Origin: Patescibacteria group bacterium | GTDB lineage: Bacteria; Patescibacteriota; Saccharimonadia; Saccharimonadales; Saccharimonadaceae | Assembly: GCA_035494435.1 (NCBI GenBank) | Contig: DATJGX010000028.1 | Span: 1-53,743, forward strand | DNA: 53,743 nt | Reading direction: 5' to 3' | In this document: positions 9,310 to 18,849 of the stretch, piece by piece | How positions within the stretch are numbered: position 1 is the first letter of the stretch | How the letters are laid out: every line of letters starts with the position of its first letter | The notes under the pieces: model-generated | Database searches by the model: none | The model's input: the letters and a program-made list of their open reading frames with translations, nothing else | Told to the model about the DNA's origin: nothing | Program-made: the position numbers and the translations under genes

Positions 9310-9735
9310 ATGGCAAAGAAAGTCATTGGTAACTTGAAGTTACGTATCCCAGCTGGTCGTGCGACCGCTGGTCCTCCTGTAGGTTCTACACTTGGTCAGT
9401 GGGGCCTGAACATGATGGATTTCATCAACCCTTTTAACGATGCAACGAAAGATATGATGGGCAAGGACGTTATCGTTCACATCAAAGTCTACGAAGATCG
9501 TACGTTTACCTGGAAGAGTCTCGGCCAGCCAGTTGACGACATGATCCGTGAAAAAGTCGGTATCAAAAAAGGTAGCGGCAAGCCTCACAGCGAAAAAGTC
9601 GGTACTATTACCCGCGCACAACTTGAAGAAATCGCCAACGAAAAGATGGATCAGCTTAACGCGATCGATCTTGATGGTGCGGTTAAAGTTATTGCCGGTA
9701 CAGCACGCAGCATGGGTGTCGAAGTAGCCAAATAA
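9310..9735 (+). CDS. rplK: 50S ribosomal protein L11
   Basis: 141 aa beginning MAKKVIGNLKLRIPAGRATAGPPVG, a canonical L11 N-terminus. Confidence 0.95.
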   Translation: MAKKVIGNLKLRIPAGRATAGPPVGSTLGQWGLNMMDFINPFNDATKDMMGKDVIVHIKVYEDRTFTWKSLGQPVDDMIREKVGIKKGSGKPHSEKVGTITRAQLEEIANEKMDQLNAIDLDGAVKVIAGTARSMGVEVAK

Positions 9736-9984
9736 ATGAGCCTCGAGTTACCCGTTCAGCAGCCCAGTGATGTATCGCCAGTCGATGACATCGAAGCAGA
9801 AGTTCATCCGTATGATGACATCTTTTTCTACAGAACCTCGCTGCGTGCGCTTGCCAAAGCCCGCATCCACGGTGACGTGGAAGGCATGAAAACGAGTGCT
9901 GACGTAATTCGCGGTGTCGAAGCCCTACATCCGGAATTTGCCTATAGTATCGACGAGAACGTCATAGAACTCGGCCGAGAATAG
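9736..9984 (+). CDS. Hypothetical acidic protein
   Basis: 82-aa ORF that starts immediately after the rplK stop and is followed by a terminator. No family recognised. Confidence 0.45.
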   Translation: MSLELPVQQPSDVSPVDDIEAEVHPYDDIFFYRTSLRALAKARIHGDVEGMKTSADVIRGVEALHPEFAYSIDENVIELGRE

Positions 9985-10002
9985 AAGGCGACCAGATATC
10001 AC

Positions 10003-10030
10003 AAAAACCGTGCGAAATGCACGGTTTTTT
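10003..10030 (+). terminator. Intrinsic terminator
   Basis: Sequence aaaaaccgtgc-gaaat-gcacgg followed by tttttt. Confidence 0.6.
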
Positions 10031-10174
10031 GTATTGACGGCGCAACTGATGCCTGCGGTACAATAAGAACATCACCACGCAGCACGGCCACGACGGCCTG
10101 CTCGCTACTTCAAGCCCTACCGCGCTTTGTAGCTTTCGCCACACTAACAACAATTAAACGAAAGGATTCTCGCT

Positions 10175-10390
10175 ATGAAGCAATTGTTTTCAATGTCGGT
10201 CGATATTACCGCGGTGCGATTCGACAGATCTGGCCAAAGCTACCCATCGCGTATCAGTTACGACGGTCGGACGTTTTATACGCACATTGACGCGAAAACC
10301 GGCAACGTGTGTTTTGCAGGCGACATGAGCGGCGCGTGGTTAGAACGCCGTGGTCGAGAATGGTACATCGTCAGTCGCGTTATTTCCTAG
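10175..10390 (+). CDS. Small hypothetical protein, sharing a motif with the ORF at 31104-31352
   Basis: 71 aa. A TTGACG...TACAAT promoter-like pair lies at about 10034-10064. It shares an RF-x6-YPS-x4-DG core with the ORF at 31104-31352. Confidence 0.45.
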   Translation: MKQLFSMSVDITAVRFDRSGQSYPSRISYDGRTFYTHIDAKTGNVCFAGDMSGAWLERRGREWYIVSRVIS

Positions 10391-12578
10391 CGTCGGCCTC
10401 GACGATACGCTGCAAAACCTTCAGCATCGAAGCGACACCCGCAACCCGGTAACTCGCAGCTGTTTCGCCGAGTCCAACCTTGATAGTGTAGGCATCGTGC
10501 GGCGCAGCTTCAAACATACCTTCGTCGGTATAATCGTCACCAGCGGCAAGCACAAAGTCAGCATCATATTCACCAAGAATCGCTTCGACGGCGACCTGCT
10601 TCGTGACAGACGACGGTTTGACCTCGATGATCTTATTGCCCGAATGTACGGCAATGTCACTATCTACGACCGATCGAAGTTCGTGGCGAAGATTGTAGGC
10701 GCGCACCAATGCGAGATCAACTGGTACGTTGCGATAATGCCATACACTCGCAAAGTCTTTATGCTCAATCGTCGAACCCGGCGTTCGTGACGTATAATCG
10801 TCGAGAATCGGTTGAATCGCTTCGCGGGCTGGCTCAAAATCGATATTTCGTTTGTGCCACTCGCCGTGGCGTTTCGTCCACGCGCCATGCTCGGCAATCA
10901 GCTGTGCATCAGTATCGCCGAACCAACTATCGAGCGCGTCTTTAGAGCGGCCGCTGATGATGCAAAGTCGTGTATGCGGTAGCCCAGCGAGCGACGCGAT
11001 GAGCTTGCGGAGTGTCGCCGACGGCGCGGCAGCAGACGGTGCAGTACTCGACTTGAAGGTTTGCAGCGTCCCATCGTAGTCGAGCATAATCACACGTTCC
11101 TTGGCGTGGTTGAATCGATCGACTAACAACTCTAGTTGTTCGTTTTTCAGATCAAGAATCGCTTCTTCAGTCTGACGTTCGTGCACTTTTTCGAGCTCAC
11201 TCATGAAATCAGTACCCCAACGTTTAACAGGGTGATCCTTGATGCGCTTTTGCATGGCGTGCAGCCGTTCGATCTGTTCTTTTTTCGACATGGTAAATGA
11301 TTGACGAAGTGCGCGGGCAATTGCCAGCGTATCGTTCGGGTTGACGGCGAGCGCCTCAGGGAGTTCATCGATTGCTCCCGCCATTTCACTCAGAATCAGG
11401 ACGCCCGGAATATCACCCTTGCTTACAACGTATTCCTTCGCGACGAGGTTCATACCGTCTCGACGTGGTGTCACCAGCATGGCATCGGCCGCCATGAACA
11501 TCGGCACGATTTCCTCGAGCGTCAGCGTCTGGAACTGATACACGATCGGCATCCACTCGGCAGTACCGAATTCGCCATTGATACGGCTGACCAACTGCTC
11601 GATTTGTAGCTGGAGTTGCTGATATGTTTCCACGCCGGTGCGCGACGGTGATACGACCATGATCAACACGACCTGACCGAGATAATCTGGGTTGTCTTCG
11701 AGGAATCGTCGATAGCCCTCAAGTCGCTCAGGAATACCTTTCGAGTAATCGAGGCGATCTTCAGAAAAGATAATCTTTTGACCCTGGTACGTTTCAAGCA
11801 ACGATTCATGCTGGGCGATCGCGTCAGGTGATTCACGCATGCTGACGAAACGGCCATAGTCGATACTAATCGGGAATGAGTCCACTGACACCATACGGCC
11901 ATCGACGTGTACCGATCCATGGTCATCAGTAAGTCCCAACAGGCGCAGACAACTACTCAAAAAGTGGCGTGCGTAATCGTAGATATGAAAGCCAATTAAA
12001 TCGGCGCCGAGCAATCCTTCGAGTAATTCTTTTCGTTCAGGTAGCAGTCGGAACACTTCGTAAGACGGGAAGGGGATGTGGTGAAAATATCCAATGACCG
12101 ATTGCGGTAGTTTGGCGCGCACCATGCCAGGCAAAAGCATCAGATGATAGTCGTGTATCCATATACGCGCATCGGGCTTTGCAAATTTCGTGGTCGCATC
12201 GCGATATGCGCGGTTGACGGAGCTATATGAGCGCCAGTACTCGTCGCGGTTGATCATGTACGACTGAAAGTAGTGAAAAAGCGGCCAGAGCGTGTCATTA
12301 GCATAGCCTTCGTAAAAGAGCTGCACATCGTCGTTCGATAGGAATACCGGGTAGCATCCACGCGATTCAAGTTCTTTGGTAATGTCTGCTCGGTCTTCGT
12401 CAGTCAGATCGTCGTTTGCGATACCAGGCCAGCCGATCCATACGCGATCGGTCGCATCAAGCGAGGCAAGCGCGGTCGGTAGTCCGCCATCACTTTGAAT
12501 ATAATTAAGTTTGCCATCTTTCTTTTCCACTTTGACAGGAAGTCGGTTCGATACGATTACAGTTGAGAACTTTTGCAT
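10380..12578 (-). CDS. otsA: Bifunctional trehalose-6-phosphate synthase (GT20) / trehalose-6-phosphate phosphatase (HAD) fusion
   Basis: 732 aa. The N-terminal ~470 aa are OtsA-like (VSNRLPV, WIHDYHLML, RDGMNLVAKEY). The C-terminal ~250 aa are OtsB-like (MLDYDGTL ... GDDYTDE). Confidence 0.85.
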   Translation of the reverse strand: MQKFSTVIVSNRLPVKVEKKDGKLNYIQSDGGLPTALASLDATDRVWIGWPGIANDDLTDEDRADITKELESRGCYPVFLSNDDVQLFYEGYANDTLWPLFHYFQSYMINRDEYWRSYSSVNRAYRDATTKFAKPDARIWIHDYHLMLLPGMVRAKLPQSVIGYFHHIPFPSYEVFRLLPERKELLEGLLGADLIGFHIYDYARHFLSSCLRLLGLTDDHGSVHVDGRMVSVDSFPISIDYGRFVSMRESPDAIAQHESLLETYQGQKIIFSEDRLDYSKGIPERLEGYRRFLEDNPDYLGQVVLIMVVSPSRTGVETYQQLQLQIEQLVSRINGEFGTAEWMPIVYQFQTLTLEEIVPMFMAADAMLVTPRRDGMNLVAKEYVVSKGDIPGVLILSEMAGAIDELPEALAVNPNDTLAIARALRQSFTMSKKEQIERLHAMQKRIKDHPVKRWGTDFMSELEKVHERQTEEAILDLKNEQLELLVDRFNHAKERVIMLDYDGTLQTFKSSTAPSAAAPSATLRKLIASLAGLPHTRLCIISGRSKDALDSWFGDTDAQLIAEHGAWTKRHGEWHKRNIDFEPAREAIQPILDDYTSRTPGSTIEHKDFASVWHYRNVPVDLALVRAYNLRHELRSVVDSDIAVHSGNKIIEVKPSSVTKQVAVEAILGEYDADFVLAAGDDYTDEGMFEAAPHDAYTIKVGLGETAASYRVAGVASMLKVLQRIVEADARK

Positions 12579-12733
12579 CTCTTTATTGTATCATTCTCAA
12601 TTCTCGAGGTGAGTGATGAATGTCACACTTACGCTATGGTGTACAAGTCTTCAGTCTTATGCTATACTAGGCATACATATCAATGTTGGGAGATACTTTT
12701 GTATCGTTTGCACCACAGAAAGGATTTAATTCT

Positions 12734-13702
12734 ATGGCTAAGAAAGCCGAACTGCTTGAACAAGCAAAAGCTCTGAAACTCGACGTTTCAGAAAAAAACA
12801 CTATCGCTCAGATCGAAGAGGCGATTGCAGGTGCTGAAAAGCATGAAGTCCGCGAAGCGAGCGTTGCCAAAGCTGGTAAGCGAAGCCAGAAATCGCTTGA
12901 AGAAGCTGAGGAAAAAGCTGAAAAAGAAGCCCGTAAGGAAGCTGGCGATACAACTGCACAAGACCCTGAAGCTGAAGAAGGCCGCAAGAAAGGCCCAGCT
13001 CCTAAAGTACGTCCACTGAGCGAACGCCGCGGTAAGCAATACCGTGCGGTAGCCGAAAAAGTCGACAAGACTAAGCACTACACTCTCGCGGACGCTGTCG
13101 CTCTCGCGGTTGAAACAAACCCAAGCAAGTTCGACGCAAGTGTCGAAGTACACGTTCGTCTTGGTGTCGACCCACGTCAGGCCGACCAGAACATCCGTGC
13201 GACTGTCGCCCTGCCGCACGGAACCGGTCGTACTGTCCGTGTCGCCGTATTCGCACCAAGTGATCAGCACGAAGCTGCCAAGAAGGCTGGTGCTGATGTC
13301 GTTGGTGATGACGATTTCCTACGCCAGCTCGACAAAGAAGACCTCAACTTCGACGTCCTGGTCGCAACGCCACAGTACATGCCACGACTTGGTAAGTACG
13401 CTCGTACGCTTGGACCAAAAGGTCTGATGCCTAACCCTAAATCTGGTACGGTATCGGCAGATGTCGCTAAAGCTGTTTCAGAAGCTAAAACCGGTAAGGT
13501 TGAATACCGCGTCGACAAGCAGGCGATTGTTCACTTGTCTATCGGTAAGGTCAGCTTCGGTGCGGACAAGATTCTTGAGAACGCAAAAGCATTCTTCGCA
13601 AGCCTGAGCAGCCAGAAACCTGGTTCCCTCAAAGGTAACTACGTTCTAACTACGACAATTACGACGACCATGGGTCCTGGTATCAAGGTCGAAAATCAGT
13701 AA
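12734..13702 (+). CDS. rplA: 50S ribosomal protein L1 with a ~100-aa N-terminal extension
   Basis: ATG at 12734 follows AAAGGA. The L1 core starts near RGKQYRAVAEKVDKTKHYTLADAV..FDASVEVHVRLGVDPR. A Lys/Glu-rich extension precedes the core. Confidence 0.9.
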   Translation: MAKKAELLEQAKALKLDVSEKNTIAQIEEAIAGAEKHEVREASVAKAGKRSQKSLEEAEEKAEKEARKEAGDTTAQDPEAEEGRKKGPAPKVRPLSERRGKQYRAVAEKVDKTKHYTLADAVALAVETNPSKFDASVEVHVRLGVDPRQADQNIRATVALPHGTGRTVRVAVFAPSDQHEAAKKAGADVVGDDDFLRQLDKEDLNFDVLVATPQYMPRLGKYARTLGPKGLMPNPKSGTVSADVAKAVSEAKTGKVEYRVDKQAIVHLSIGKVSFGADKILENAKAFFASLSSQKPGSLKGNYVLTTTITTTMGPGIKVENQ

Positions 13703-13718
13703 GCGTTAAGACCTCACT

Positions 13719-13753
13719 AAAAAACTCCGGTCGTGTTTGATCGGAGTTTTTTT
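13719..13753 (+). terminator. Intrinsic terminator after rplA
   Basis: Sequence aaaaactccg...cggagttttttt. Confidence 0.7.
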
Positions 13754-13836
13754 ATATGCGTGACTCGTCGTGTAAATATTACACAGCCGCACATACGTAA
13801 AGTGTGAGAAAATAGGACAAATAGGAGGTTACTAGT

Positions 13837-14757
13837 ATGAGACAGTATCTAGACTTGCTGCGAGATATCCAGCAAAACGGTACGCGTAAATCTGATCGCA
13901 CAGGTACGGGAACGATTAGTGTATTCGGACGACAAGTTCGTTACGATCTCGCCGACGGCTTTCCGGCCGTCACCACGAAAAAACTCTACTTCAATAGCGT
14001 CGTTCATGAACTGCTCTGGTTTTTGCAGGGCACCGGCAACATAGAATACCTCGCGCAGCATAACGTGCACATTTGGGACGAATGGCCGTTTAAAGCCTAC
14101 CTTGAAAAAAACAACCTCCCGATACCTGAAGTAAATTCCGATGAATGGAAAACGCAAATGAAAGCGTTTATCCATAACGTCGCGACCGATCATGACTTTG
14201 CCGAGCAGTGGGGCGATCTCGGCCCGGTGTATGGTGTACAGTGGCGCAAGTGGCCAGACGGCAACGGTGGCTACGTAGATCAAATTGCCAACGCAATCGA
14301 TATGATCAAACACACACCCGACAGCCGTCGTATCATCGTCAGTGCCTGGAACGCAGCCGAAATCGACGAGATTGTGCGCATCGGCGGATTGCCGCCTTGC
14401 CATAGCCTATTTCAATTTTACGTCGCCGACGGCAAGCTGAGTTTGCACCTCTACCAGCGCTCCGCCGATACGTTTTTAGGCGTGCCGTTCAACATCGCCA
14501 GCTATTCACTGCTGCTTGCAATGGTGGCGCAGGTGACCGGCCTCGAGCAAGGCGAATTTGTGCATACGCTGGCCGACACCCATATTTATCTGAATCATGT
14601 CGACCAAGTAAACGAACAGCTCTCGCGCGAACCGCGAGCATTACCGACATTGTGGCTCAACCCGGACGTTAAGAATATCGACGATTTCACGTTCGACGAT
14701 ATCCGCCTCGAGGGCTACGATCCACATCCTCCTATCAAAGCACCGATAGCAGTGTAG
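13837..14757 (+). CDS. thyA: Thymidylate synthase (ThyA type)
   Basis: 306 aa with [23 protein letters not shown] and the catalytic PPCH motif ([13 protein letters not shown]). Confidence 0.95.
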   Translation: MRQYLDLLRDIQQNGTRKSDRTGTGTISVFGRQVRYDLADGFPAVTTKKLYFNSVVHELLWFLQGTGNIEYLAQHNVHIWDEWPFKAYLEKNNLPIPEVNSDEWKTQMKAFIHNVATDHDFAEQWGDLGPVYGVQWRKWPDGNGGYVDQIANAIDMIKHTPDSRRIIVSAWNAAEIDEIVRIGGLPPCHSLFQFYVADGKLSLHLYQRSADTFLGVPFNIASYSLLLAMVAQVTGLEQGEFVHTLADTHIYLNHVDQVNEQLSREPRALPTLWLNPDVKNIDDFTFDDIRLEGYDPHPPIKAPIAV

Positions 14758-14766
14758 TAGCGAGCG

Positions 14767-15261
14767 CTACTGCGCCGCGCGTTCAAATGTGACGATATCG
14801 AATGCGTAGGCATTACGTTCATCAGCGTCAAAATGCTGGCGATCGATTTCGTTCCACTGCATACAGTCGACCCGCGGGAAAAACACGGTGGCATCTTCGA
14901 ACGTCGCATCGACGTACGTCACGATTAATCGATCCATGTCATCAAGAGCCTGTTCGTAAATCTGTCCACCGCCAATAACGAAAATCGGATAGCGTGCCAG
15001 ATCGTAGGCCGCTTGCAGCGACAACGCCGACAAGACACCTTTGACGCCCGTCGGATTACGACTTACGACGATATTCTCACGATCGGGCAGCGGTTTTGAA
15101 CCAAATGATTCAAATGTTTTACGGCCCATAATGACCGAGCCGCCAAGTGTCGTCTGACGAAAATGTTTCATGTCATCACGAAGCCCGCGGTCGCCCCATG
15201 GCAGTTGGCCATTCACTCCGATTGCATTTTGTGTATCGACGGCAACGACAATTGTTTTCAT
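14767..15261 (-). CDS. folA: Dihydrofolate reductase
   Basis: 164 aa with the motifs VVAVD..AIG..GQLPW, GRKTFES and IGGGQIY. Confidence 0.9.
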   Translation of the reverse strand: MKTIVVAVDTQNAIGVNGQLPWGDRGLRDDMKHFRQTTLGGSVIMGRKTFESFGSKPLPDRENIVVSRNPTGVKGVLSALSLQAAYDLARYPIFVIGGGQIYEQALDDMDRLIVTYVDATFEDATVFFPRVDCMQWNEIDRQHFDADERNAYAFDIVTFERAAQ

Positions 15262-15335
15262 ATATGTAGTCTACCACGCGCACTCACAACACAGCCTTTT
15301 CGGGCATGACGAATGTGCTACAATGTGTGTAACGT

Positions 15336-16058
15336 ATGGGAGTATATAGTAATACCGAGATTCTCGAGGCACTTGATGATGGCCGCATCGTATGCGAGCC
15401 ATTCAATCCTGCGCACGTATCTGAAGCTAGCCTAGACTTTACGCTCGGCCATTATTTCTATAAGCAAGAGTTTCAACCGGAAGCGACCGGCGTATACAAT
15501 CCATTCGACGAAACCGATGTCGAGCGCTATTTCAAAGGTCCGCTTGAAGCTATGCCGCACAAGGATTGGTGCGAAAAATACGATCAGCCGCTGTTTGCAA
15601 ATATCCCTGAAAATCACCCGATTATCGTGCTGGCGCCTGGCGAACGCATTCTTGGACACACCCATGAATTCGTCGGCATTCGCGCACACGGCGGTGCCTG
15701 CGAAGTGAAAAGTCGTAGTAGCTGGGGACGAAACGGCGTGGCGGTCTGCTTCGATGCCGGTTGGGTAGATCCAGGCTACATCAACCGCATCACACTTGAG
15801 ATCTACAACCTGAACATGCACGAAAGCGTCGTGTTGCCGGTTGGTGAACGTGTCGGCCAGCTGATTTTTCATCACACCGGACCGGTCGAGGGCGGCTATG
15901 CAAAAGGTCGCGGCGGCATGAGTGGAAAATACCAGCATACCGACGATCTCGATGAACTCAAAAAAACCTGGAAACCGGAAATGATGTTACCCCGTGCATT
16001 CAAAGACCAACGAGTCAGTGCGCCTGTCATAGATGGTCTTAGTGAAGGCATGAAGTGA
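15336..16058 (+). CDS. dcd: dCTP deaminase / dUTPase-superfamily protein (long form)
   Basis: 240 aa. The N-terminus is ILEALDDGRIVCEPFNP...SLDFTLG, and GWVDPGYINRITLEIYN matches the dCTP deaminase core. Confidence 0.8.
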   Translation: MGVYSNTEILEALDDGRIVCEPFNPAHVSEASLDFTLGHYFYKQEFQPEATGVYNPFDETDVERYFKGPLEAMPHKDWCEKYDQPLFANIPENHPIIVLAPGERILGHTHEFVGIRAHGGACEVKSRSSWGRNGVAVCFDAGWVDPGYINRITLEIYNLNMHESVVLPVGERVGQLIFHHTGPVEGGYAKGRGGMSGKYQHTDDLDELKKTWKPEMMLPRAFKDQRVSAPVIDGLSEGMK

Positions 16059-16062
16059 ACCC

Positions 16063-16701
16063 ATGCGCGGTAAATATATTGTTATTGAAGGAAATGATGG
16101 TACGGGTAAATCAACTCAAGTTGCGGAGCTTCGAAATCGTTTGCATATCGAAGGCATTGAAACTTTAGAGTTTCACGAACCTGCAGGAACACCGATTTCC
16201 GACGCAATTAGAGACATTATAAAAAATGGTGACCTTCCTCGTGATCCGCGCACTAATCTATTGCTATTCACGGCTGCTCGACTAGAGATATGGAAGAAAG
16301 TCGATCCCTTACTCGAGAGTGGCATGTGGGCTATTTCCGCAAGAAATTATCTTTCGACTTTTGCCTACCAGGGAGCTGGGGAGGGCCTTGACCCAAACTT
16401 AATCGCATCAGTTACAGAACTTTTTCTGCCAGAATCTTATTCGCAGCCTGATTTAACGGTAATACTCGCATCAAATCCACGAGAACGCATAAAGCGACTT
16501 CTTAAGCGTGATGGCTTAAGTAGTAACGACACATTCGAGCGTAGGGGAATGAAATTCCAGCAAAGAATCGACGATCGATACTTGGATATAGCAAATAATT
16601 TCAACCTGCCAGTCGTGGCGGCAGATCAGCCGATTGAAGAAGTCGCTGAACAGATCTGGGCCCTCGTTGAGCCTTTACTCGAAGATAAAACCTCAGTTTA
16701 G
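16063..16701 (+). CDS. tmk: dTMP (thymidylate) kinase
   Basis: 212 aa with the P-loop IVIEGNDGTGKSTQ and a Tmk-like layout. Confidence 0.85.
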   Translation: MRGKYIVIEGNDGTGKSTQVAELRNRLHIEGIETLEFHEPAGTPISDAIRDIIKNGDLPRDPRTNLLLFTAARLEIWKKVDPLLESGMWAISARNYLSTFAYQGAGEGLDPNLIASVTELFLPESYSQPDLTVILASNPRERIKRLLKRDGLSSNDTFERRGMKFQQRIDDRYLDIANNFNLPVVAADQPIEEVAEQIWALVEPLLEDKTSV

Positions 16702-17423
16702 CGAAGCGTTTTACGAAGGCCAATGAGCGCGACGCTGAGCGGTATCACGAATATGTTGCCGTCTTGAACAGCTAAGCGTTCATCGTATACCTCATCCTGA
16801 TGTTGCGCCAATATGGCGCGGACTTCATCGACGGACAGCGTACGAACTTTTCCTTCAGTATCGACGTCGGCGACGCCAATCATACTTCGTTGGTGAATCG
16901 TGACGAGATCACGCGTATCGGCACTATACACATCGGCCGATGGCGCTTTGAGCGCAGCTAGTCCGAAGGTTACGCTGGCTGAACGTTTGTCATGGAGTAC
17001 CGAAAGCTTCGTGCGCTCTTGGGGTAGATTATCTGTGACTGCCCGCACACCTTCGTTCTCGGCAAGTATCGTCAGAGCTTCATGAAGTCCACCCTGCAAG
17101 CGATCCGCAGCAGAATCGATAGTGTTCGTGCCACCCATGGCAATCACGTGGCCAAGCTCTGCATCGTCATTCATCGCACCGCCGAATAAACGCTGGATAG
17201 AACCGTGAATACCAGAATAGTGTTCGTCGATCTGTCCAGCACGCTGAGCGCGCTGTTTGTGGTCTTCAGCAAGCATAGATCCGGCAATACGAGCAAGGGA
17301 AATAACCGTGCGAGGCGGCAAGCCGCGATCGAGCAGTTCCTCACCGAAAGCGGCCGTCGCAGCGGTAATATCGTGCGTCGGTTCAGCCTGAAGCGTATGT
17401 CGTATATGGTGTGCTGAGGTCAT
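16698..17423 (-). CDS. Hypothetical protein
   Basis: 241-aa ORF. Its stop overlaps the tmk stop region (convergent genes). No family recognised. Confidence 0.5.
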   Translation of the reverse strand: MTSAHHIRHTLQAEPTHDITAATAAFGEELLDRGLPPRTVISLARIAGSMLAEDHKQRAQRAGQIDEHYSGIHGSIQRLFGGAMNDDAELGHVIAMGGTNTIDSAADRLQGGLHEALTILAENEGVRAVTDNLPQERTKLSVLHDKRSASVTFGLAALKAPSADVYSADTRDLVTIHQRSMIGVADVDTEGKVRTLSVDEVRAILAQHQDEVYDERLAVQDGNIFVIPLSVALIGLRKTLR

Positions 17424-17466
17424 CTTTTAAATTATAGCATAAATATTATGAATTGTCTATATTATA

Positions 17467-17666
17467 TTGCCTTGTTTACGGAGGTATGCTATAGTATTTG
17501 CAGACATTACCAAAGACAGTAGCTGTCATATGACTTAATTTGCTACCGAGGGAATCATCTTCTCACGTATTGTCACACACTGGTACAGCCTCTCAACAGA
17601 GACTGATCATGTCGTTCGTTTACAATATGGCCCACATTAACAAAGCTTACAACCGAAAGGATTTTT
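17467..17666 (+). promoter_or_regulatory. Promoter (TTGCCT-17-TATAGT) plus a ~165-nt untranslated leader of rplJ-rplL, a possible L10-leader-type autoregulatory RNA
   Basis: The hexamers lie at 17467-17472 and 17490-17495. A long non-coding leader precedes the rplJ ATG. The structure was not verified. Confidence 0.4.
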
Positions 17667-18191
17667 ATGGCGATTTCACGCGATAAGAAACAAGCTTTGG
17701 TAGGTGAGATGACCGATCTGCTTGCACAGTCAAAAATGACTGTTTTTGCACAGTACCAAGGACTCAGCGTTGCTGATCTGCAGGAACTACGCGCAAAAGC
17801 TCGCGAAGCTGGTGTGGTTATCAAGGTTGCGAAGAACCGTTTGGTTCGTGTCGCAGTCGCAAACACCGCGGCACTCAAAGACGTTGATACTTCTAGCCTC
17901 AAAGGCCAGTTGATCTACGCTACGAGTGACAACGACGAAGTTGCCCCAGCACAAGTACTTGATAAGTTCGCTCGTGACCACGTGTCACTTGAATTTGTCG
18001 GTGCGATCTCTGGTGAAGCTAAACTGCTTTCAGTCGATGAGGTTAAAGCCCTCGCCGGTCTTGCAAGCAAAGAACAGCTTATCGCCGAGACGATTGCGCA
18101 ACTGCTTTCGCCGGTTCACGATGTCACCAACGGTCTATCTGGCAACCTTCACGCGTTGCTCGATGGTATCGAAACCAAAGCTACCGCATAA
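17667..18191 (+). CDS. rplJ: 50S ribosomal protein L10
   Basis: 174 aa beginning MAISRDKKQALVGEM...FAQYQGLSVADLQELR. Confidence 0.9.
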   Translation: MAISRDKKQALVGEMTDLLAQSKMTVFAQYQGLSVADLQELRAKAREAGVVIKVAKNRLVRVAVANTAALKDVDTSSLKGQLIYATSDNDEVAPAQVLDKFARDHVSLEFVGAISGEAKLLSVDEVKALAGLASKEQLIAETIAQLLSPVHDVTNGLSGNLHALLDGIETKATA

Positions 18192-18233
18192 TACTGCGGA
18201 ACAATTACCTAGTTATCATAAAAGGAGTCTACT

Positions 18234-18617
18234 ATGGCTGATGTAAAGAAACTTGCTGAAGAGCTGACTAAGCTCACAGTACTCGAAGTAAACGAACTCA
18301 AAAACGTCCTTAAGGACGAATACGGCATTGAACCAGCTGCTGCTGCAGTTGCAGTTGCCGGTCCTGCTGCTGGTGGCGACGCCGGTGCAGGTGCAGAAGA
18401 CGAGAAGAGCGAATTCACCGTTAAACTTACTGACGCTGGTGCACAGAAAGTCGCAGTCATCAAGGCTGTGAAAGAACTCACCGGTCTCGGTCTTGGCGAA
18501 GCTAAGGCTATCGTCGACGGCGCTCCTGCAAACGTCAAAGAAAACGTTCCAAAGGAAGAAGCTGAAGCAGCGAAGAAACAGCTTGAAGAAGCTGGCGCAA
18601 GCGTCGAACTCGCGTAA
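18234..18617 (+). CDS. rplL: 50S ribosomal protein L7/L12
   Basis: 127 aa with an Ala-rich hinge and the C-terminal domain [27 protein letters not shown]. Confidence 0.95.
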   Translation: MADVKKLAEELTKLTVLEVNELKNVLKDEYGIEPAAAAVAVAGPAAGGDAGAGAEDEKSEFTVKLTDAGAQKVAVIKAVKELTGLGLGEAKAIVDGAPANVKENVPKEEAEAAKKQLEEAGASVELA

Positions 18618-18656
18618 TATCGTTCGTTCCTGGGCCATAGTAAACGCTATGCATCA

Positions 18657-18687
18657 AACCGTCCTCATCCGAGGGCGGTTTTGCTTT
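18657..18687 (+). terminator. Intrinsic terminator after rplL
   Basis: Sequence aaccgtcctc-atcc-gagggcggtt followed by ttgcttt. Confidence 0.6.
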
Positions 18688-18762
18688 GTCTACATACCAA
18701 AATTTACAACGAATTCACGTCTACTACTTGAAATGCTGTGGATAGACTCGAAAAAAAAGCGG

Positions 18763-18791
18763 TTGACACTCGCGGAATGTTGACTTATACT
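18763..18791 (+). promoter_or_regulatory. Sigma70-type promoter TTGACA-17-TATACT
   Basis: Near-consensus hexamers with a 17-nt spacer, upstream of the ORF at 18850. Confidence 0.5.
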
Positions 18792-18849
18792 CGCGCGTCC
18801 TGTACAAATAGAGTTAATATCACCGAAAAACAGACAAGGAATGCGAGCA

